Below, in pieces: positions 16,347 to 25,004 of a stretch of 64,000 nt of DNA. Positions within the stretch are counted from its first letter, which is position 1. Each line of letters begins with the position of its first letter. Both the position numbers and the translations under genes were made by a program. Origin of the DNA: Actinomycetota bacterium. GTDB taxonomy: Bacteria; Actinomycetota; Acidimicrobiia; Acidimicrobiales; JAJPHE01. The DNA lies in assembly GCA_027315345.1 (NCBI GenBank), contig DAHUYE010000060.1, forward strand, positions 99,949 through 163,948, read 5' to 3'. The notes under the pieces were generated by a model that worked only from the letters and a program-made list of their open reading frames with translations, was not told the DNA's origin and ran no database searches.

Positions 16347-17396
16347 CTACCCGGGCAGACCGGGCAGATGGGCGGCGCCGGAGCCGGCCAGGACCTCGCC
16401 CACCACCGCCGCCTCCACCCCCGCCTCCCGGAGGGCGGCCAGGGCGCTGTCGTCCTGGCCGGGGGCGACGGCCACCACCATGCCCAGGCCGAGGTTGAAG
16501 ACCCGGGCCATCTCGGCCCAGTCCACCTCCCCCAGGCGCTGGATCTCCCCGAAGACCAGGGGTACGGCCCAGGCTCCCCAGTCCAGGCGGGCGTCCGAGT
16601 CCGGCCCCAGCATGCGGGGCACGTTTCCGACCAGGCCGCCGCCGGTGATGTGGGCGGCGGCGTGCAGGCCGGGCCCGATGGCCCCGGCCAGGGCCCGCAG
16701 GGCGGGGCTGTAGATGACGGACGGCTCCAGCAGGACCTCCCCCACGCTCAGATCGGCCCCGGCCCAGGCCGGGTCGGCCAGGTCCCGGCCGGCCACCTCC
16801 AGGTAGACCCTCCGGGCCAGGGAAAGCCCGTTGCAGCGCAAACCGGGGCTGGCCAGCCCGATGAGCACGTTCCCGGGCCGGACCCGGTCCGGGCCCAGGA
16901 CCTGGGCCCGGTCGACCACGCCCACAGCCGTGCCGGAGAGGTCGAACTCCCCGTCGGCCATGGCGCCGGGGTGCTCGGCCATCTCTCCGCCCAGGAGGGC
17001 GGCGCCGGCCTGCCGGCAGCCCTCGGCCACCCCCTCCACCAGAGCGGCGGCCATCTCCGGCCGGAGGCGGCCCACGGCCAGGTAGTCCAGGACGAACAGG
17101 GGCTCGGCCCCCTGGCAGGCGATGTCGTCCACGGTCATGGCCACCATGTCGATGCCGACCGTGTCGTAGCGGCCCAGGGCCGAGGCCACCAGGGCCTTGG
17201 TCCCGACCCCGTCGGTGGAGGCGACCAGGACGGGTTGGCGGTAGCCCTCGGTGCGCAGGGCGAACAGCCCCCCGAAGCCGCCGATGTCGCCCACCACCTC
17301 GGAGCGATAGGTGGAGCGGACCGCCTCCTTGATGAGGGAGACCGCCTTCTCACCCGCCTCGATGTCGACGCCGGCCCCGGCGTAGGTCTCCGGCAC
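16347..17396 (-). CDS. purM: Phosphoribosylformylglycinamidine cyclo-ligase (AIR synthetase)
   Basis: TYAGAGVDIEAGEKAV...DIGGFGGLF. The GTG start at 17396 lies 2 nt after the purF stop. The track ORF (to 18269) is a read-through artefact. Confidence 0.9.
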   Translation of the reverse strand: MPETYAGAGVDIEAGEKAVSLIKEAVRSTYRSEVVGDIGGFGGLFALRTEGYRQPVLVASTDGVGTKALVASALGRYDTVGIDMVAMTVDDIACQGAEPLFVLDYLAVGRLRPEMAAALVEGVAEGCRQAGAALLGGEMAEHPGAMADGEFDLSGTAVGVVDRAQVLGPDRVRPGNVLIGLASPGLRCNGLSLARRVYLEVAGRDLADPAWAGADLSVGEVLLEPSVIYSPALRALAGAIGPGLHAAAHITGGGLVGNVPRMLGPDSDARLDWGAWAVPLVFGEIQRLGEVDWAEMARVFNLGLGMVVAVAPGQDDSALAALREAGVEAAVVGEVLAGSGAAHLPGLPG

Positions 17397-17398
17397 TG

Positions 17399-18841
17399 TC
17401 AGAGCAGGGGCGGTGCGGGGTCGAGCGAGGCCTCCCGCTCGAGGACGCTCTTGGTCAGGCTCACCGGCACGGCCACCGGGTACTCCCCGCTGACACAGGC
17501 GGTGCAGAAGCCGGCCCGGGGCGCCTCGATGGCCTTCATGAGGTTCTCCTCGGACAGGTAGGCGATGGAATCCACCCCCAGGTAGCTGCCGATCTCGGGC
17601 ACGGTCAGGTTGGCGGCCAGGAGCTCGGCCCGGGTACCGGTGTCGACCCCGTAGAAGCACGGCCACCGGTAGGGCGGGGAGGACACCCGCAGGTGCACCT
17701 CGGCCGCCCCGGCGTCCCGGAGCATCTTGGTGATGGCCTTCTGGTTGGTGCCCCGAACCACCGAGTCGTCCACCACCACCACCCGCTTGCCCCGGACGTT
17801 GTCCCGGATGGGGTTGAGCTTGCGCCGCACGCTGGCCGCCCGCAGCTCCTGGTTGGGGGCGATGAAGGTGCGCCCGATGTAGCGGTTCTTGACCAGGCCC
17901 TGGCCGTAGGGGATCCCGCTGGCTTTGGCAAAGCCCTCGGCGGCGGGGACCCCGGACTCGGGGACGCCCATGACCATGTCCGCCTCCACCGGGGACTGCT
18001 CGGCCAGTAGCTCGCCCATGCGGACCCGGGCCCCGTGCACCTCCTTGCCGTAGAGAATGGTGTCGGGCCGGGCGATGTAGACGAACTCGAACGAGCACAG
18101 CCGGGGCTCGATGCGTTCGGGGGGGAACGGGTGGACCGTCCTGACCCCGGTGGCGTCGATGATGACCATCTCCCCCGGATCCAGCTCCCGGACCAGATGG
18201 GCGCCGATGACGTCGAGGGCGGGACTCTCCGAGGCCAGGACCCAGCCGGCGTCGAGGCGGCCCAGGCACAGGGGGCGGAAGCCGTGGGGGTCGCGCACGC
18301 CGATGAGCCGGGCGGTGTCCATGAGAACGAAGGAGAAGGCGCCCTCCAGCATGGGCAGCACCTCGCTCAGCGCCCGCTCCAGGTCCCGGCCGTCGCTGCG
18401 CGAGTCCTCATCGGAGGGGAAGCGGGCCTCGATCAGTTCGGCCACCAGGTCGCTGTCGCTGGCCACCACCCCGGGCAACATCCCGGCGTCGGTGGCCAGC
18501 TGGGCGGTGTTGGTCAGGTTTCCGTTGTGACCCAGGGCGAAGCCGGCTTCCCCCACCGAGCGGTAGACGGGCTGGGCGTTGCGCCAGGTGGACGATCCGG
18601 TGGTGGAGTAGCGGGTGTGGCCGATGGCCAGATGGCCCTGGAGGGGCTTGAGGGTGCGCTCATCGAAGACGTTGCTGACCAGGCCCATGTCCTTGACCAC
18701 GGTGATGGTGTCCCCGTCGGAGACGGCCATCCCGGCCGACTCCTGGCCCCGGTGCTGGAGGGAGTACAGCCCGTCAAAAGTGAGGAAGGCCACCGGCATG
18801 CCCGGGGCGTACACACCGAAGACCCCGCAGGCGTCCTTCAT
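17399..18841 (-). CDS. purF: Amidophosphoribosyltransferase
   Basis: N-terminal MKDACGVFGVY (the Cys nucleophile follows a short propeptide) and a PRTase motif VVVVDDSVVRGT. The ATG at 18841 gives 480 aa. Confidence 0.9.
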   Translation of the reverse strand: MKDACGVFGVYAPGMPVAFLTFDGLYSLQHRGQESAGMAVSDGDTITVVKDMGLVSNVFDERTLKPLQGHLAIGHTRYSTTGSSTWRNAQPVYRSVGEAGFALGHNGNLTNTAQLATDAGMLPGVVASDSDLVAELIEARFPSDEDSRSDGRDLERALSEVLPMLEGAFSFVLMDTARLIGVRDPHGFRPLCLGRLDAGWVLASESPALDVIGAHLVRELDPGEMVIIDATGVRTVHPFPPERIEPRLCSFEFVYIARPDTILYGKEVHGARVRMGELLAEQSPVEADMVMGVPESGVPAAEGFAKASGIPYGQGLVKNRYIGRTFIAPNQELRAASVRRKLNPIRDNVRGKRVVVVDDSVVRGTNQKAITKMLRDAGAAEVHLRVSSPPYRWPCFYGVDTGTRAELLAANLTVPEIGSYLGVDSIAYLSEENLMKAIEAPRAGFCTACVSGEYPVAVPVSLTKSVLEREASLDPAPPLL

Positions 18842-18877
18842 GTCCTCCCATTCTCTCACACCGTTAGGGTCAGCCCG

Positions 18878-19714
18878 ATGATCGACCTGCACACCCACTC
18901 GACCATTTCGGACGGATCCGACCATCCCGGCCGCCTGGCCGAGCTGGCCGCCGCCGCCGGGTGCCGGGCCTTCGCCCTCACCGACCACGACCGGCTGGAT
19001 GGGATCCCCGAGGCCGGCCGGCGGGCGGCGGAACTGGGCGTCGAACTCATCCCCGGCTGCGAAATCTCCTGCGAATGGTCCTCGGGCACCTTCCACCTCC
19101 TCACCTACTTCGTGGAGGCCGGCAGCGACCCCCTGGCCTCCATGCTGGTCGAGCTGCAGGAGGCCAGGGACGACCGCAACCCACTCATCATCGAACGGCT
19201 GGCGGCCCTGGGCCTGCCCATCACCATGGAGGAGGTGGAGGCCGAGTCGGGGGGCATCGGCACGGGCAGGCCCCACATGGCCGCCGTGCTGGTCCGCAAC
19301 GGCGCCGCCACCTCGGTCCAGGACGCCTTCGACCGCTGGCTGGGCAAGGGCCGGCCCGGATACGTGGACAAGCGCAAGCTGACCGTGGCCGAGGCCCTGG
19401 CCGCCGGCCGGGCTTCGGGTGGGGTGCCGGTGGTGGCCCATCCCCTCAGCCTGGGCCTGGGCCCGGCCGAGTTGGACTCGACCCTCGGGGAACTGACCGG
19501 GCTCGGCCTGGGCGGGGTCGAGTGCATCTACGGTCGGTACTCCCCCCAGGACCGGGAGGGCCTGGCCGGCCTGGCCCGCGCCCACGGGCTGGCCGTCACC
19601 GGTGGGTCGGACCACCACGGCACCTACAAGCCAGACCTGTCGGTAGGCACCGGGACCGGGGACCTGAACGTCCCCGACGCCGCCCTGGAGGACCTGGAGT
19701 CCCACCGGCAGTGA
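18878..19714 (+). CDS. PHP-domain metal-dependent phosphoesterase (TrpH/YciV-like)
   Basis: MIDLHTHSTISDGS...ALTDHD...HP motifs of the TrpH-type PHP family. ATG at 18878, divergent from purF. Confidence 0.8.
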   Translation: MIDLHTHSTISDGSDHPGRLAELAAAAGCRAFALTDHDRLDGIPEAGRRAAELGVELIPGCEISCEWSSGTFHLLTYFVEAGSDPLASMLVELQEARDDRNPLIIERLAALGLPITMEEVEAESGGIGTGRPHMAAVLVRNGAATSVQDAFDRWLGKGRPGYVDKRKLTVAEALAAGRASGGVPVVAHPLSLGLGPAELDSTLGELTGLGLGGVECIYGRYSPQDREGLAGLARAHGLAVTGGSDHHGTYKPDLSVGTGTGDLNVPDAALEDLESHRQ

Positions 19715-19737
19715 CCGCGCCCCGCCACGTCCGGGCC

Positions 19738-20448
19738 ATGAAGAAGTACTGGGAGGAGCGGGCCGCCCTCAACGCCGCCTGGTACGTGGACACCACCGTG
19801 GACTGGGACGAGCCGGACATGGAGCGCTTCTTCGAGACCGGCCGGCGTATCGTGGCCGAGGCCCTGGACGAGGCGCCCCCGACCGTCACTCTCCCGGCCG
19901 GACACCGGCTGGCGGTGGAGATCGGCAGCGGTCTGGGGCGGGTCTGCGCCGCCCTGGCCGAGCGGTTCGACCGGGTGGTCGGGATCGACGTGGCCGACGG
20001 CATGGTCAGCCGGGCCCGCCAGTTGGTGGATCGCCCCGGCGTCAGCTTCGAGGTCGGGGACGGGATGTCGCTGCGCCCGGTGCCCGACGCCAGCGCCGAC
20101 CTGGTCCTCTCCTTCACCGTCTTCCAGCATGTGCTGCGCCCGTCGGTGATCGAGGGCTACCTGGCCGACGCCGCCCGGGTGCTCGGCCCGGGTGGCCTCC
20201 TGGTCTTCCAGTGGAACTCGACCACCGGCACCACCCGGTGGTGGCTGCGCCGCAGCCTGCTCGACCTCATGGAGCGCACCGGGCTGCGCCGCCAGGAGCG
20301 GGACACCAACGCCCCCGCCTTCCTGGGCACGACCCTCTCGGTGGCCCGGGTCCGCCGGGCCCTGGAGCGGGCCGGCCTGGAACTGCTCGACATCCGGGGA
20401 GCCGGGACCCTCTTCACCTGGGCCTGGGCCCGGGCCCCGGGCGGATGA
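19738..20448 (+). CDS. Class I SAM-dependent methyltransferase
   Basis: Motif I VEIGSGLGRV, then an acidic residue (GIDVADGM) and VLSFTVFQH. 236 aa. Confidence 0.8.
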   Translation: MKKYWEERAALNAAWYVDTTVDWDEPDMERFFETGRRIVAEALDEAPPTVTLPAGHRLAVEIGSGLGRVCAALAERFDRVVGIDVADGMVSRARQLVDRPGVSFEVGDGMSLRPVPDASADLVLSFTVFQHVLRPSVIEGYLADAARVLGPGGLLVFQWNSTTGTTRWWLRRSLLDLMERTGLRRQERDTNAPAFLGTTLSVARVRRALERAGLELLDIRGAGTLFTWAWARAPGG

Positions 20449-21476
20449 GCCCCGCCGGCAGTGACGATCCGACGGCCCCGGCCGGCAGTGCCGATCCGAC
20501 GGCCCCGGCCGTCAGTGTCATCGTCCCGGTGCGGGACCGCCGGGCGCTGCTGCGTCGGTGCCTGGACGGGCTGGCCGCCCAGACCCGGGCCGACCACGAG
20601 GTGATCGTGGTCGATGACGGATCCTCGGACGACTCCGGCCTGGAGGCCGAGGCCGACGCCGCCGCCGGCCGGCCGGTCCGGCTCCTGCGGACCCCGGGGA
20701 TCGGGGCGGTGGAGGCCCGCCGGCTGGGCGTGGAGGCGGCCCGCGCCCCGGTCCTGGCCTTCACCGACTCCGACTGCGTTGCCTCCCCCCGGTGGCTGGA
20801 GTGCGGGCTGGCCACCATCGGGACCGGGGCGGCGCTGGTGACCGGGCCCACCTGGCCCGACGGCCACCTCCGGCCCCTGGAGCGCAGCCTGGCCTCCGAT
20901 GGGCGGGACGGGCTCTACGCCACCTGCAACATCTTCTTCCGGCGGGATGCGTATGCCGACGCCGGCGGCTTCGATCCCGGCGCCGGAGCCCGCTTCGGCT
21001 TCCGGCCCGGCCGGGTGCTGGCCGGCACCGGCTTCGGGGAGGACTGCCTCCTGGCCTGGCGGGTGCGGCGCAGCGGGGCCCGGGCCGAGGTATGCGAGGA
21101 GGCGGTGGTGCGCCACCACATCTTCCCCGCCGACCGGGCCGAGAGCCTCCGGCGGGCCTGGGGGGCGGGAGCCTTTCCGGCCCTGGTCCGGGAGGTGCCC
21201 GAGCTGCGCCGGACCTTCCTGGTCGGGCGGGTCTTCCTGGGCGGCCCGTGGCGCATCGGCCTCTACGCCGGCGTGGCCGCCGGCCTGGCCCGCCGGCCGG
21301 GATGGGCCGGGATAGGACTGGTCGCCTGGGCGTGGTGGCGGGGGCGGATGAGCCTGGCCGCCGAACCCTCCCGGCGCCGGGCCCTCTGGGCGGTGCCGGC
21401 GGACCTGGCCGTGGACGCCCTCACCGGGGCGGCCCTGGTGGCCGGCAGCGTCCGGCACCGCTCGGTCGTGTTGTGA
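20445..21476 (+). CDS. Family 2 glycosyltransferase with C-terminal hydrophobic region
   Basis: VSVIVPVRDR...EVIVVDDGSSDDS...FTDSD (DXD). ATGA overlap with the upstream gene. The N-terminus carries a 27-bp x2 tandem repeat (AGSDDPTAP/AGSADPTAP, 20454-20507). Confidence 0.85.
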   Translation: MSPAGSDDPTAPAGSADPTAPAVSVIVPVRDRRALLRRCLDGLAAQTRADHEVIVVDDGSSDDSGLEAEADAAAGRPVRLLRTPGIGAVEARRLGVEAARAPVLAFTDSDCVASPRWLECGLATIGTGAALVTGPTWPDGHLRPLERSLASDGRDGLYATCNIFFRRDAYADAGGFDPGAGARFGFRPGRVLAGTGFGEDCLLAWRVRRSGARAEVCEEAVVRHHIFPADRAESLRRAWGAGAFPALVREVPELRRTFLVGRVFLGGPWRIGLYAGVAAGLARRPGWAGIGLVAWAWWRGRMSLAAEPSRRRALWAVPADLAVDALTGAALVAGSVRHRSVVL

Positions 21477-22492
21477 GGGAGGCTCCCTCGTCCGGAGCGG
21501 GTCTGCCGTCGGTCAGCGTGGTGGTGCCCACCTACAACCGGCTCCCATTACTCACCCGGCTGCTCGACGCCCTCGAGACCCAGCAGGGGGTCGACTTCGA
21601 GTTGATCGTGGTGGACGACTGCTCCACCGACGGGACCTGGGAGCTTCTGGGGCGCCGGTGCCATGAAGATCGCACCCGGAAGCTGCGTATGGTCCGGCTG
21701 CGCACCCCGGTCAACTCCGGGCCGGCCACGGCCCGCAACCTCGGATGGCGCCGGGCCCGGGCCGATCTGGTGGCCTTCATCGATGACGACTGTGTGCCCG
21801 AGCCGGGCTGGTTGGCGGCCCTGGCGTCGGCGGCGGAAGGAGCCGACATCGTCCAGGGATCAACCCTGCCGTTGGCGGAGCAGGCCGCCGGGCGGGGACC
21901 GTTCGCCGTGTTCGTCTGGATCGACCGGGACTACGGCCGCTACGAGACGTGCAACATCGCCTACCGGCGGAGCCGCCTGGAGGAACTGGGGGGATTCGAT
22001 GAGTCCTTCGGCACCGTCGGGGGGGCGCCGGTCTGGGGCGAGGACGTCGATCTGGGCTGGCGGGCCCGGGAGGCGGGGGCGAGCTTCGCCTTCGTCCCGG
22101 CCGCCCGGGTCAGCTGTGAGGTCCACCCCTCGGATTATCTGGCCTACCTCGGCCAGATCCGCCGTCACGGCGGCCTGGTCCGAAACGTGGCCCGCCATCC
22201 CGGACTGCGCCGTTACTACCCGGCCGGCGTCTTCCTCCAGGTCAGTCACCCCCTGTCGCTCCTGGTCCTGGCCGGACTGATGGTGCTGGCCGCCGGGCCG
22301 GCCTCGGCCCGCCGGGCCGGCCTGGGCACGGCCCTCGCCCTTCCCTATGTCTGGTACCGGAGCCGGACCAACCCGCTCCCCTGCCGGCGGCGCAACCGGG
22401 TCCCGGTACTCATCCTGGCCTGGGTGGCCGACCTGGCCGACACGGCCACTCTGGCGTCGGCCTCGGTCCGCTACCGCAGCTTCTTCCTCTGA
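21473..22492 (+). CDS. Family 2 glycosyltransferase, paralog of the preceding gene
   Basis: VSVVVPTYNR...ELIVVDDCSTDGT...FIDDD. The C-terminal architecture and tail parallel the upstream GT2 (SVRYRSFFL vs SVRHRSVVL). GTGA overlap. Confidence 0.85.
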   Translation: MREAPSSGAGLPSVSVVVPTYNRLPLLTRLLDALETQQGVDFELIVVDDCSTDGTWELLGRRCHEDRTRKLRMVRLRTPVNSGPATARNLGWRRARADLVAFIDDDCVPEPGWLAALASAAEGADIVQGSTLPLAEQAAGRGPFAVFVWIDRDYGRYETCNIAYRRSRLEELGGFDESFGTVGGAPVWGEDVDLGWRAREAGASFAFVPAARVSCEVHPSDYLAYLGQIRRHGGLVRNVARHPGLRRYYPAGVFLQVSHPLSLLVLAGLMVLAAGPASARRAGLGTALALPYVWYRSRTNPLPCRRRNRVPVLILAWVADLADTATLASASVRYRSFFL

Positions 22493-22533
22493 CGGGGCCG
22501 GTCTTCCTCTGATCCACCCCCGCCGGCGGCCCC

Positions 22534-23151
22534 GTGTACGTTCGGCCCATCAGGGCGAGCATCCAGCAGTGGCGGGAGGAACCCATGCGGAGGGTGGCGC
22601 TGCGGGCGCGGCTCCTCCGCCCGCACCGGCTGCGGCAGTTCCACTCCTTCGGTCGCAACTCCATCGTGCACCGGCCCGTCTGGCTCTACGGCCCCGACCG
22701 CATTTCCGTCGGGGACGACGTGATGATCCTCACCGGCGCCTGGCTGAGCGTGGAACGACCGGCCTGGGAGCGGCCCGGTCCCGCCCTGCACATCGGTGAC
22801 CGGGTGGGGGTGCGGGCCTGGTGCACGCTGAGCGCGGCCGACTCGGTGATCATCGAGGACGATGTCGTTCTGGCCTCGGGGGTGACCGTGGTCGATTCCA
22901 ACCACACCTGGAGGAACGGGCACCCCAACGTCCTCTACAACCCCCTCGACACCGCCCCGGTGCGGATCGGGGCCGGCACGTGGGTGGGCGAACGTTCCGT
23001 GGTCCTGGCCGGCGCCGACATCGGAGCCGGCTGCCTGATCGGAGCCCACAGCGTGGTGAGCGGCGTCATCCCGGATCACTCGGTGGCGGTGGGAGCCCCG
23101 GCCCGGGTGGTCGGTAACACCGATCATCTCCGTCCTCCTCCGAGCCGCTGA
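22534..23151 (+). CDS. Left-handed beta-helix (hexapeptide-repeat) acyl/acetyltransferase
   Basis: Hexapeptide repeats: ISVGDDVMI, IGDRVGV, IIEDDVVL, VRIGAGTWVGERSVVLAGADIGAGCLIGAHSVV. Confidence 0.8.
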   Translation: MYVRPIRASIQQWREEPMRRVALRARLLRPHRLRQFHSFGRNSIVHRPVWLYGPDRISVGDDVMILTGAWLSVERPAWERPGPALHIGDRVGVRAWCTLSAADSVIIEDDVVLASGVTVVDSNHTWRNGHPNVLYNPLDTAPVRIGAGTWVGERSVVLAGADIGAGCLIGAHSVVSGVIPDHSVAVGAPARVVGNTDHLRPPPSR

Positions 23152-23183
23152 CCCGGGCGGGTAACCCGGACGAATAATCCGCG

Positions 23184-24332
23184 TCAGGCTGAGAAGGGCC
23201 CGGGCCACAGACCGGGGGGAGGACCGCCGGGAGGCAGGGGCGCATCGGTGCGGCGGAACACCATGAACAGGTGGGTGCCCATCCGGCGCAGCCCGGGCGT
23301 GGCCTGACATAGGGCTTCGATGCGGTCCACCACCCGGCGCCCGGCCGGGCCACGGCGCTCCAGCCAGGCGGCGGTGGCGCTCTGGGGCGGGGGGAACTCG
23401 AAGGTCGACCAACTCACCGGGTCCAACCCGGCGGCCCGGAAGAGACCCTGGGTCTGGGCCGGGATGTGGTGGGTGTGGGGAAGGTAGACGTCCGGGGCGT
23501 GATCGGGCAGACCCAACAGGCTGCGGTCCACCGGCTCGGGCCAGATCCACGGCCGCAGCGACATGAGATCGGGCCGGTCGGCGGCCACCATCTTCTCCAC
23601 CCAGGCGAAGGCGTGGCTGAGCGGACTGCGCAGCGGCACCTCCGAGGCATTGTTGGTGGTGAGGACCACCACGCCTCCGGGGCGCAGGACCCGGGCCAGT
23701 TCCCATACCGCCCGCTCCGGGCGCATCAGGTGCTCGATCACCTCGCTGAAGACGACCACGTCGACGCTGGCGTCGCTCAGCGGCAGCGTCTCGCCATCCC
23801 CGCGCAACAGACCATGGCGCAGGCGGGATGACGCTTTGGCGATCTTGCCGGCGGCGTAGGCGATGTGATGCCCGCCGTAGTCGAGCCCGACGTAGAAGGC
23901 GGGCACGTCGGCCAGCCGGTCGGCAACCAGCACCGAGCCGCACCCGACGTCGAGGATCACCGCCCCAGGACGGAGATGGCGGCGGGCCTCGGCCGCCACC
24001 AGGTCATAGCGCATCTCATGGCGGTGCTGGTGGTACGCGCCCCAGATGTCGAACTCCTCCTCGATGGTGGGGACGCGCAGGTTGTAGTGCAGGGCGAAGG
24101 CGGTCTCATGGGCCGTCCGCAGCTGGTTCCACTCCAGCTCCGTCTGGGCCCTTCCCTCCCGCCGGTAACGCGCGTAGACGACCGACCACAACCCGACCAG
24201 ACCGGCTCCGGCGGCCGCCCGGCGGCGGAGGCGGCCGGGCCACAGCGCCGACGCCAGCAGGAGAGCCGGGAACAGAGGGCGGGCCACCCGTTTGAGAGCC
24301 CGCATCCGGTTCATCCCCGGCCAGCATGCCAT
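23184..24332 (-). CDS. Class I SAM-dependent methyltransferase with N-terminal hydrophobic segment
   Basis: ILDVGCGSV (motif I), VVVFSEVIEHL, LRPGGVVVLTT. Start is ATG 24332 or ATG 24314. The track ORF to 24956 is an upstream extension. Confidence 0.8.
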   Translation of the reverse strand: MACWPGMNRMRALKRVARPLFPALLLASALWPGRLRRRAAAGAGLVGLWSVVYARYRREGRAQTELEWNQLRTAHETAFALHYNLRVPTIEEEFDIWGAYHQHRHEMRYDLVAAEARRHLRPGAVILDVGCGSVLVADRLADVPAFYVGLDYGGHHIAYAAGKIAKASSRLRHGLLRGDGETLPLSDASVDVVVFSEVIEHLMRPERAVWELARVLRPGGVVVLTTNNASEVPLRSPLSHAFAWVEKMVAADRPDLMSLRPWIWPEPVDRSLLGLPDHAPDVYLPHTHHIPAQTQGLFRAAGLDPVSWSTFEFPPPQSATAAWLERRGPAGRRVVDRIEALCQATPGLRRMGTHLFMVFRRTDAPLPPGGPPPGLWPGPFSA

Positions 24333-24371
24333 CCGGGTGGCCGGCCTGAGAAGTTGTGGCACGGTAAAGGC

Positions 24372-25004
24372 GTGTACAGGCCCTCCAACCTGCGGGAGCT
24401 TCCCTGGTACGCCCACAACCGCTGGGCCGGCCGGGGGATGTCGGAGGGGCGCAAGCTGCTCGTGCGGGCGACCCACCGCCACTGCCGGGTCGAGTTCAGG
24501 GGCCCGGTGTTCCTCGGTCCCGGCTTCAGTCTCGACATCCCCGGACCGGGGACGTTCATCGTCGGCTCCGGGGTCACCTTCCGCCGCGGCTTCGTCTGTG
24601 AGATCAGCGGGGACGGCCGGGTCGAGATCGGTGACGGATGCACCTTCACCTCCCACACCCTCATCCAGTGCTCGACCTCGATCGAGATCGGTGAGGGTTG
24701 CACCTTCGCGCAGTCGCTGTCGATAGTCGACGGCCGCCACCGCTTCCGGAACCCGGATGTCCCGATGCTCTCGCAGGGCTACGCCTTCCGGCCCATCCGC
24801 ATCGAGGACGGCGTCTCCGTGATGGGAAAGTGCACCATCGCGGCCGACATCGGTCGGCGGGCCTTCATCGGCGCCCACTCGCTGGTCCTTCGCGATATAC
24901 CCGCCTACACCCTGGCCGTCGGCACCCCGGCCCGGCCGGTGGAGTACTTCGGCCACGGGGACCCGCCCCCCGGGGTGCGGCGTTCCGACCCTGGCGCGGA
25001 GTGA
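24372..25004 (+). CDS. Left-handed beta-helix (hexapeptide-repeat) acyl/acetyltransferase
   Basis: VEIGDGCTF, IEIGEGCTF, IRIEDGVSVMGKCTIAADIGRRAFIGAHSLV. Start is uncertain (GTG 24372 or ATG 24438). Divergent from the 23184-24332 gene. Confidence 0.75.
   Translation: MYRPSNLRELPWYAHNRWAGRGMSEGRKLLVRATHRHCRVEFRGPVFLGPGFSLDIPGPGTFIVGSGVTFRRGFVCEISGDGRVEIGDGCTFTSHTLIQCSTSIEIGEGCTFAQSLSIVDGRHRFRNPDVPMLSQGYAFRPIRIEDGVSVMGKCTIAADIGRRAFIGAHSLVLRDIPAYTLAVGTPARPVEYFGHGDPPPGVRRSDPGAE

Noticed and set aside
16347-18269. Long N-terminal extensions in the ORF track (e.g. 16347-18269, 17399-19705, 18035-19714, 20792-22492, 30600-32939, 33074-34975, 23184-24956)
   Set aside because: The recognisable domains start far downstream of the first in-frame start. 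The extensions overlap neighbouring real genes, and internal starts give 4-nt stop/start overlaps and normal protein lengths. I trimmed them accordingly.
18878-19714. The PHP-domain protein as a CpsB/Wzh-type phosphotyrosine phosphatase regulating the glycan cluster
   Set aside because: The N-terminal motif DLHTHSTISDGS and the overall pattern match TrpH/YciV-type PHP phosphoesterases, not CpsB (HSHILPGIDDG). No BY-kinase is present in the island.
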